A stretch of DNA of 64,000 nt from NCBI GenBank assembly GCA_048013815.1, contig CM106586.1, forward strand, positions 16,678,001 to 16,742,000, read 5' to 3'. The position numbers were made by a program, and so were the translations under genes. The notes under the pieces were generated by a model. That model was not told where the DNA came from. It saw only the letters and a program-made list of their open reading frames with translations, and did not search any database. This DNA is from Setoptus koraiensis (lineage: Eukaryota; Animalia; Arthropoda). This document shows, piece by piece, positions 27,136-36,500 of the stretch (positions are counted from its first letter, which is position 1; every line of letters begins with the position of its first letter).

Positions 27136-27876
27136 TGATTGACTGTTGGGTGGTACCGGTACTCACCTGGTGATTGATGTGGACGCGCAATGAGTGGACA
27201 CGGTCGTCGCACGGGAGTCGCACGGGAGTCGCACGGGAGTCGCATGGGAGTCGCATGGGAGAGAAGAAGCGGGAAAGGGAGAGATTAGCATCAAATTTGA
27301 CATAATCATCTGTTGTTGTTGACTTGCTCAAGTGCTCGAGTGCTCGAGTGTTTAAATGTGATGTGAGTTGTTGTTGTTGCTTGTGTTGCGTCGTGTTGCA
27401 TGATTGATTGCGAGTCAGACAGACAGATAGCATCGGCTGTTTGCGGTGCTAACAAACATGAAAGTGATTGATTCGAATTTGCGCCAGCCAGCCGAGTTGG
27501 CGCTGGCAAGTTGGAGCGCACAAGTTAAAAGTTGCCATCACTCTCCGCTAGAGACACTTTTCTCTCTGTGTCTCCCTTTATGCACTCCCCTCGTGGCTCC
27601 CTCTCTGGCCGGCGTAATGATTGATCGATTGATGGTGTGCGCTAATGAATCTCGCCCGCACACACACACACACACACACAAATTGGGAGTCACAGCGAGT
27701 AGCGGTTGTCGCTGTTGTTCAACAGCGGTTGTTGTTGTTGCTGTTGGCGCGAATGGAGCTTGCGAACAGTAAATCAATCAGATCAATATTGCGAGACGGG
27801 CGCCCACAGACAAGTAACTGTTGATCGAGTAATTAGCGCATTGATTGACAAGTTGACCAACTATCATATGATTGAT
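27136..27876. promoter_or_regulatory. Homotypic cluster of PBX/Exd-type TGATTGAY sites (candidate intronic enhancer)
   Basis: Eight exact TGATTGAY or RTCAATCA matches at 27136, 27171, 27401, 27465, 27618, 27773, 27842 and 27869. Confidence 0.5.
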
Positions 27877-29324
27877 CATCGCATGTTGTGCTGTGTGTCG
27901 GGCTGTCAGTGTGACAGGCGGCCGGCGAGAGTCAGAAGTGGCATCGGCCATATATAACCGGGCATTAAATTCAAATCCATCATCGCAACAACAACAACAA
28001 CAGCAACAACAACAACCACCACGACCACTCATTAGACTTATCAATAATCAAGTGAGTCATCCCATTGATGCTCACAACTTGTCAGCTCACAACTTGTCAG
28101 CTGACAACATGAATAGCTGACAACGTGAATAGCTGACAACGTGAATAGCAACATTGTTGACTGACTCACCTGATTGAGTGCATATAAATCAACGTGACAG
28201 CTCAACAGCTGACGCCATGACACGATGACATAATTGGCCGGTCGCGGCAAATAAACAACAACCACAAGACCGTTCGATCCCGCGCGCCCCCCTTGCTCGA
28301 CACACACGCACGCACACAAGGTCAAGGGCGCAACGTGCAAACAGTTGTAAACAGTGATTTATAACTATAACAGACACATGTAACAACGACGCGCTGAGCT
28401 GGGGGCGGGCAGGCAGGCGATAAACAAGCGCGCGGGGTCAATGATTTATGAATGGAAATGATAGATGATGCGCACAGTGTGCGCGCACTGTGCTGCTGCT
28501 GCTGCCGTTGCTGCTGTTGCTGTGCCAGTTGTTGGCACCACTGTTAATAAATGTATCACCGCTATCATCATCATTACACACTCTCGTTGCTCATTAATCT
28601 CCTTCAACTTCAACTTGTCCATTGGCAACCGCGCTCGTCGGCTGGCACATTGTCGGTTTGCGGCGCTGTGCCGCGCAAGTCGGCACAGTTATGGTTAGCG
28701 GTGGTGACAGTGGCTAAGTGTTGCGTAAGTGTTTTTTGGCTGCGCCCAACTGTTGTGTGTGTGCGTGATAATGGCAAACATCATCAATTATTGCGCAACG
28801 CCACGTTATTGCCTAGGTGACAGATAGACGGGCACGGGCGACAACAATGGGCGCGCTGCTGGGTGTTACAAGTGACAGCCGACAGCCACAGCTGATTTGA
28901 CAATAGTTTTGTTGTCAAAGGTCGCCTGTCGTATGTCAAACGTCGACTCACCGTCACAGTGACAGAGCGGCACGCACACCGTTGGCCGGCCACCGCGATG
29001 ACACAACCGTAATCAGCGGGTCGGGTTGCGGTCGGTCGGTGGTCGGGTCGCCGTGGGTCGGTTGCCGGGTTGCGGTCGGTCGGTCGTCTGGTTGCCCGTC
29101 GGTCCGGTGAGCCAATCATCGCCACGATGACCGGACACTGTCATGTGATAGTTGCCAGACACGAGCGGCGACTCGGCCCGAGCGGATCAACAAGTGCGCG
29201 CACTAATTAGCGCGCCATTAGCGCGCGATTACCTGTGCGACTACCTGTGCGACTAGCTGTGCGCAACGAGCGCCCAATCAGTAACCAATCAGTAACCAAT
29301 CAGTAAGCAATGGGCGATACTCAC

Positions 29325-29574
29325 CTATTCTGTCTTTGAGCTCGCACAAGACGCTGTAGAGGCTCGGGGTCATGGGGTGCTCTTGCAGTTGGTGCTTGAT
29401 GAGTCTGTTGACGTGACAATTGGGCTCGTTGTCTATTTGCAGCATCTCGTCTAACAGCTGATGGATGTCGCGCTTCATGGTGGCCGCTATATTATTATGA
29501 TGGCTGGCACTATTATTGTGATTTTGACTGTGATTTTGATTACTATTATTCGCTAATGACACTGCGGCCAGCAT
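29325..29574 (-). CDS. exd: extradenticle alternative first coding exon 1B (PBC-A N-terminal part)
   Basis: MLAAVSLANNSNQN...MKRDIHQLLDEMLQIDNEPNCHVNRLIKHQLQEHPMTPSLYSVLCELKDRI(G) resembles PBX [49 protein letters not shown]. Donor is ATAG|GTGAGTAT (phase 1), compatible with the phase-1 start of exon 2. The start could instead be the internal ATG of MKRDI. Confidence 0.88.
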
Positions 29575-30497
29575 CTCACGTGTGTTCGGCGCGACAGCCG
29601 CCAACACGCCAACACGCCAACACGCTAATACGCTAATACGCTAATACGCTAATGAGTCTAATGAGTCTAACGAGTCTGATGAATGACGCTGATTGATTAT
29701 GTTGTTCACTGCAAATCTGGCCCTTTTATTGCTGACGATTTTATGGCCGTCGGCCGGTCAAGCGACTGGCGCGATTGTCGGATTTGGGCGATTCGGCGGA
29801 TTTGGGCGATTCGAGATTCGCGATTCACGACGAGCGGAACAGGGCGAGTGGCGCGAATTGGGCGAGTGGCGCGAACTGGGGCGAATTGGGCGAATTGGGC
29901 GATGGGCACGGAATGCAAACACGATGATTGATGCTTCACTTGACTTGATTTATTTATATTACAACTCTCACACAAGCCGATGATTTATTGTTTTTTGACA
30001 CTGGCCGCGATTGTCGCCGTGAGCTGCGCCGATGAGCACTGACTGGCCGCCGCTGCACCGACTGCGAGACGGTACGAGATTGACGATCGGCGTCAAAAAT
30101 TGACGAACTGCCTGCGAACTGCGCCGAATGTGCGCCGTGCGTGTGTACTTGACAGTGCGCGCCAACAACAATGGCTTCTCTGTCAGAGAGTCTCTGTCAG
30201 AGTCTCTGTCAGAGAGTGGCCGTCAGAGAATGGCCGTCAGAGTCGCTGGCCGCTTCTTGGCGTTCGCTGTCAGACGGCGCTGCTAGAAGGCAGCGCTGTC
30301 AGTCTAACAGTCCAACAGCAGTCAGTCCAACAGCGAACAGTGTGTGTGTGTGTGCGCCGAAGAGGCTTCTTTTTGGACGCTTCTGTGCCACACAATCCGC
30401 GGTCCGCCGGCAGTTGGCGCGCCGGCCCGTCAGTCAGTGAGCGCGACAGCCAGTCACTATTAATAATAATATTCTTTGTGCCACCATTTAAACTCCA

Positions 30498-30524
30498 CCC
30501 AAAACGCAAGTCTGCGCATGTCGA
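30498..30524 (-). promoter_or_regulatory. 27-bp element upstream of exd exon 1B (copy B)
   Basis: CCCAAAACGCaaGTCTGCGCATGTCGA is 25/27 identical to 42131-42157 and contains a TGCGCATG (NRF1/EWG-like) core. Function is inferred. Confidence 0.6.
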
Positions 30525-30789
30525 CCGGGCCAAATCAATTCATCTTTTACAACGCTGCCCATTGGCCATCTTGGCCGCGGGCTTCTCGCCTTGTCGCTTG
30601 CTCGCCCGCTTCTCCGGCTTCTCGAGCCACTGGCTGCGGCCACCCGACGGCGCCGGGCAGCGCCGAACGGAGACTGGACCAAGGCTGGCCGCAGCTCGGG
30701 CCGGCTCACAAGACAATGTCAGACAATGGCCAACAGCTAATTCATTGATCCCTTAATCGGCCTAAACCGAGCCAATCGTTTACCGTTAC

Positions 30790-30890
30790 CAAAACGCCGC
30801 ACAAACGCCGCACCAACGCCGCACGAACGGATAAACGCCGCACGAACGGATAAACGCCGCACGAACGGATAAACGCTGCATGAACGGATA
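30790..30890. repeat. 20-nt minisatellite (AAACGCCGCACGAACGGATA-like)
   Basis: About 3-4 copies plus partial copies. Confidence 0.8.
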
Positions 30891-31148
30891 ATAAACGGAC
30901 AAAACTAAATAATTGCGCCTGGCCGCCAACAGCCCACTGCAGACTGGGCGACACAGTCGCACTGCGACACAATGTCACACACCTTCGCCAATCATTGGCG
31001 GCCAATGCCAACAACAACGCGCACGACAGCTGACTGCAAGACGCTGACTTGTGAAATCAAATCGCCAGACTCTGAAAATCAGAGTCTCTGATTGAGAGTG
31101 TGATTGTCGGACTGGTGCCCAGGTCTGCAAACAACAGCGACACCTCGT

Positions 31149-31158
31149 CTGTCAATCA
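31149..31158 (-). promoter_or_regulatory. Perfect PBX-MEIS/PREP (Exd-Hth) decamer TGATTGACAG
   Basis: The plus strand reads CTGTCAATCA, about 1.6 kb upstream of the exon 1B ATG. Confidence 0.4.
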
Positions 31159-31880
31159 TCTGTCAGCGGCCCTATCAGCGTGATGGCGAGTTAAATTGTC
31201 ACCCTCGCCCGGGTTACATCATTGCACACACATCGTGAGCATGGACGAATCGACTCGAACATTGCCAGTCGATTTTGGGCATGTCGAGCATTTTGGGCAT
31301 TGTGACTGACAATTTGTGAGCACTGTGAATCACAATCTGTGAGTATTTTGGGCATTTTGAGCGGTGCGACCGGTGTGAGCAGTGCGACCGGTGCGAGCGG
31401 GCATAGGCACCGAGGCGGGTTTGCGCTCGGGGCCGGGGCACCGGCAAACCCGTGGCGGGCACTCACAAGTTGTGAGTCACAAGTCGGTAGCGAGTCAATA
31501 GCTAACAGGTAGGTACGCGTTGCTGATGATAGTTGTCAGCTGGAAGCAGCTGTCAACTGTCATCTGTCATGTGTCAGTTGGCACTAATTCAATAGCGACT
31601 GTTGAATTGGACCGGCATTTGGCCGACACTGACTGTCGATGGCGCTGTCAGGCCAACGCCGTCGACGGTGCCCCGACATGCATTGCTAACTGCGCACCTT
31701 TTGTTTGTTCGATCTTCGACTGACAACAAACTGAGACTGTGAGCAAACATTGTCTACGCAAATATTGTAGTACGTGTTTGGCGAGCTACAGTCACTCATT
31801 TATATATTGAGTGATATCGTGCGTGATACTGTGAGCGATTATTCACTTCAATATCGCGAGCGAATACTTATACCGTCCCC

Positions 31881-31957
31881 ATAATAATAATAATATTAAT
31901 AATATTAATTACAATTATTATAATTATTAATATTAATAATAATAATATTAATAATAT
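31881..31957. repeat. Almost pure A/T island of ATA/TAT/ATT units
   Basis: About 77 bp with a single C, just upstream of the PLA2 ATG. Confidence 0.9.
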
Positions 31958-31979
31958 AGCCCATAATTAATTAATCATC

Positions 31980-33287
31980 ATGATGCTCTTATTTGTGTGC
32001 CTGTTACTGTTATTGCCGGGCCAACGCGACGCCAGCACCAGTGACGCCGACGTGACAAGCCAAGACGACAGCAACAACCACAACAACAACAACAGCAACA
32101 GAACACTGTCTATGCCATTGTTGCTGACAGACGAACAAATAGCCAGTTTAGTGGCCGATTATCACAGCGAGAATAGTAGCGTTTTACTGGCCAAATGTGA
32201 CAAGACTTTCGCCTATGTCAAGTACCAAACTGTGCCAAATGACAATCACGACACCACCACCACCAACAACAACAACAATGCCGCCGACCAGTGGACCGAT
32301 GAGTCGGCGGCCCGCTCCCTGTTCACAATCAACGTGTCGCCCCTGGAACAGCTGATCAGGCCCCACATCAGCAACAACAACAACAATATCAAAAACAACG
32401 ACAACATCAACAGCGACAACAACGCCAATTGGACAACAACAACAACAACAAGTGCGATGGGCACACTCCGTTTGAGGTCGTCGTTTATTGGCACAAACAG
32501 TGACAGCACCAACACCAACAGGCTGCAACTGATACCGTTAGAGCGGGTGTTGGGCAACAATGCGCAAATTGTCGATTGTTACCTGGTCGACATAAACAAA
32601 CGGCCCCAGGAAATGCGCGAAATTGAGCGTTTTGTCAACAGGAGCAGCGAAACAATTGGCTTCGAGCAAATGATGACGCTCATGGTGAAATGTCGCCAGG
32701 TTCAATTGGATCAAATTGACAACAACGCGCACTTTGAGCACAATCTCACCAGAGCCGACAGCGGCGGTGACGACGATTATTCAGCCACACCAATCACAGA
32801 GGACGAATTGACCACTCTGGCGGGCGCCGTCACAACTACCGAACAACCAACAACTGGCCAGCAGCAGCAGCAGCCGACTAGCACAAGCGCCCCCCGACTT
32901 CCGGTCGGCGGCGCTGACAACATGTCAGCGACGACTGAGCGCCAGACGCTCACGTTTGGCATTGCGCCGGGAACGTTGTGGTGCGGTCTGGGCGACCGGG
33001 CCGCCGGCTACCGGCAGCTGGGCGAGGAGCGACAAGTGGACGCTTGTTGTCGGTTGCACGACCACTGTCCCGTGCGGCTGAAACCGTTCACCTTTGACTA
33101 CGGCCTCAACAATTGGTCAGTGTACACGCGCAGCCACTGCAAGTGCGACGTGGACCTCGACGAGTGCCTGCAGGCCGCAAAATCAAACATGGCCCAGCTG
33201 ATCAGAATGATCTATTTCAAGCTCGTGGGCACGCAGTGCATCGAGCTGGACAGCGACTCGGCAGCCGCTGGCCCGGCGGCGCGCTGA
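31980..33287 (+). CDS. Secreted phospholipase A2, group III (bee-venom-like family), single exon, 435 aa
   Basis: Hydrophobic N-terminus MMLLFVCLLLLLPG and an N/T/Q-rich pro-region. The C-terminal domain IAPGTLWCGLGD...DACCRLHDHCP...RSHCKCDVDLDECL has the Ca-binding loop (WCGxG), the catalytic His-Asp (HD) and the HCxCD motif. AATAAA at 33532-33537. Confidence 0.93.
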   Translation: MMLLFVCLLLLLPGQRDASTSDADVTSQDDSNNHNNNNSNRTLSMPLLLTDEQIASLVADYHSENSSVLLAKCDKTFAYVKYQTVPNDNHDTTTTNNNNNAADQWTDESAARSLFTINVSPLEQLIRPHISNNNNNIKNNDNINSDNNANWTTTTTTSAMGTLRLRSSFIGTNSDSTNTNRLQLIPLERVLGNNAQIVDCYLVDINKRPQEMREIERFVNRSSETIGFEQMMTLMVKCRQVQLDQIDNNAHFEHNLTRADSGGDDDYSATPITEDELTTLAGAVTTTEQPTTGQQQQQPTSTSAPRLPVGGADNMSATTERQTLTFGIAPGTLWCGLGDRAAGYRQLGEERQVDACCRLHDHCPVRLKPFTFDYGLNNWSVYTRSHCKCDVDLDECLQAAKSNMAQLIRMIYFKLVGTQCIELDSDSAAAGPAAR

Positions 33288-33531
33288 GCGCGCCCTCTCG
33301 CCGCTTTCTCAGTGGTCGGGTCTGGAAATGGTCGGGTCTGGAAATGGTCGGGACCCGACCCTGGCGAGCCCCATCTCACCATTCATATGTGCGGATATAT
33401 AATGTCCGCGTCGGGCCGCTGCGGGCCGATGACTGGATGCGACCAGCCGTCTGTTCGAAACCGGAAATTCTCAGTCATTCAATGTCAAACGGCGCACAGT
33501 CGCCGAGTCAATCATTTTATCGGCACAGCAC

Positions 33532-33537
33532 AATAAA
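33532..33537 (+). terminator. Candidate poly(A) signal for the PLA2 gene
   Basis: AATAAA about 245 nt after the TGA. Confidence 0.5.
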
Positions 33538-36500
33538 AGCTTTTTATCCCCTGCTCACCTCGCGCACTGCTCACTCGATACACTGCCCACTCGATACACT
33601 GCTCACACCACTCGATAGCACGTAATTACTGCGTAAGTTACGTAACGCAACACGGTTCGCACACTGTCCGCCGGCACTCACAGCCTGTGAGCCACAGGCG
33701 AGTGCCACGAGCAACTGTTCGCGTGCCTGCGCCGCGTCCGGCCCACAGCCAACGGTGACGGCGTTGCCACCAGCGGCCAGCTGACTCGCCCACTGGGTGC
33801 GCAATGGCTCGCGCTGGGCCCGTTGGGCGCGCTGGTTTGCGCACAGGTGAGCCGGCACCGGTACCACTGACCGACACACACGGGCAACACTGACCGACAC
33901 ACACACGGGCGACACTGACCGACACACACACGGGCGACACGGGCAGCGTGACAGCGAGCTGGCGTGCAGTTGCGTCATCGCTGATTGTCGGCCCGTCTCT
34001 GGCCGACAATCAGCGCGTCTGTGGCGGGCGTGTGAGGGCCGCAGCACACATAGCAGACGGGCAGCGCAACGTCACGTCACGTCAATCAGCGCCGGCTCAC
34101 GGATATGGAAGGGCGTCGTCGCGTTTGTCGTCGCCGATGCGCTCCCATTTGGCGCTCGCCGCCAATGACAACACCGATCGAATTGACGCTGGCCAGTCGG
34201 TCGGTCGGTCGGTCGGCCCGTCGGCCGGCCCCAATCGCGAGTAAATCACCGGCCGGCCGACAGTGTGTGTGTGCGGGTCGTGCCCGTCGCACGGGCACCA
34301 GCGGGCCCAGTCATCATCGCGAGCGGGCCCAGTCATCGTCGCAATATGTGCTGGCCGCTGCGTACCGCTGGCTGTTGCCGTCGGGCCCGTCACAGGGCGA
34401 CAAGGCGGCGCTGCGCGCCGCCGACGAGCTCATTAGTTTGCCGGAACAGAGCCTATATGGGGCAGACAGTGATGCCGAGCTGATGTTTGCGCTCCGGCGA
34501 CTTGTTTGCAGCGAGCCGAGTGCGTGTGTGCGTTAGTTGGGGCCCGCTCTGGGGCCGCGCGCACACACACACACACACACAACTGCCCGCTGCGGCGGAC
34601 ATGCGGACGGGGCGCGCTGCAGTTTGTGGAGATGTTACTGCTGCCGCTATACGGGCGCGCTATATCCGCGCCATATCCGCGCCATATCCGCGCCATATCC
34701 GCGCTATATCCGCAAACTGCAGCCCGCGAATGGGCGACTGCGGCGAATGGGCGAATGGGCGAATGGGCGACTGCGGCGAATGGGCGACTGCAGCGAATTG
34801 GGCGATGACGCGCGCGCTCGCCGAAAGAATCATTGTCGTGTAAATTTGCCAATGATTAGTTGCACAAACACGCGCTGGCGTGTTTGCACACAATGCCGTC
34901 TGGCGTGTTTGTCGCTCTCTCCGGCTGGCTCGCGCGCTGTTGCGTAACGCGGCCGAGCGGCCAAAAGTCAGCGAGCGAGAGAGCCGAACAAAGGCAATCG
35001 AACGCGTTGTCGTGGGCGCTTGTTTCATCAAATCAAATCAAGTCGCGAGTGGAGTCGCGAGCCGAGTCGCGGATTCGCGCCCATCGGGCCGCCGCCGACC
35101 TTCGCCGGCAGAATTAAATCGGAGCCAGCGGCTGGCGCTGATGCTCGCCAGCGACACACCGCGAGCGAGCGACGGGCGGCGAGCGGCACTCGCCAAGAGC
35201 GCGCCCGCCGTCGCTCGAGCGGCGGCGGGCGCAGCGGCCAACGGGCGACGTAATCAGTGCGCGGGTTGTTGATTGCAGCACGGGCCGCCGACTGGCTGTC
35301 GCGATGGCGCTGCAGCCCGCGGGCCGGCGGCGGAGCGAGCGTTTGAGTGAATAGATGAGTGAGCATGAGAGTCGCGAATCTCTCTAGGCTCTCGCTCTGT
35401 AGGCTCGCTCTGTCACTGGCTCTCCCAGGGATTGCGCGTCGGGGATAGCGCGCCGGGGATTGCGCGCCGGGCTGGCGCGTCGGGCTTGCGAGGGAGCGCG
35501 ATTGTGCGAGGGCGCGTGTGGCGCCATTCAAGCAAGAGCGACTTTCTTGCCAATTCCGCGTCCAAATGCCCATTGCGTGTGTGTGTGGCAGCCAACGAGC
35601 AAAGGGGGACACCCCGGTCGGTGTGTGCGTCGGGCGGTTGCAGCGTCGGATTGGTTGCGGCAGCGCCGCGCAAAACAACAAAAGCAGAAACAAAGATGAA
35701 GGGCCCCCTCCTCTGGGGAGAATGGCTTTGTGCAAGTGAGCAGCGCTGGGCGCTCTCACAGCTCGCTGCCAGCCCGAGCCCGAGCGCCAGCCCGAGCCCG
35801 AGCGCCAGCCCGAGCCCGAGCGCCAGCGACAAGCCGGGCGCCCACGACGCCAACAAGCCGAGCGCCGACGAAACAAATGGATACACAAATGGAAAACAAA
35901 AGTAGTTCTCGCAGCGCCTCGAATCAAATCGAATCGAATGGCGGCATCGGTGCACGAGCCGACGAGTTGATGGATACAAATGGAAAGCAAAATGCGAACG
36001 CACACACATACATCACTCCGGCCGGGCTGCCATATCACTACTATATCACTATAGGAGTGGCTTCTTTGGGGCCCCCTTCGCTATCGAGCGCGCCGCTGCT
36101 CGGGCCACCGCACTTGATAGCGGTTTGATTAGTATTAGAGGCCGGGCGATAATAGCTACTCTCGGCATTGCAGCACGCGCGCGCGCTCGCGCGGGCCCCA
36201 TCGCGCGGCCTCTAATGGCTGTCTAAGGGCGGCACATCAACGGCGCCGCCAGCACTCGTCGTGCAATTGCTCGTCGGGCGCCCCACTTCTCCTTTCTACT
36301 TGAGTGCGATTCTTTTTCACTTTCGTCGTGACTCACTACTGGCGACACTGGCGGCACCTGCTACTCGCTGCTCGCTGCCGCCGCAAAATCGCTGGCTCGC
36401 CCCGGAGTCGGCGGCTCGCTTCGGAGTCGGCGGCTCGCTGGGAACGGGAGCCCGCGATTCCGCGCCGCGATGGCCGAGATTTGGCACCATCGGCACACAA

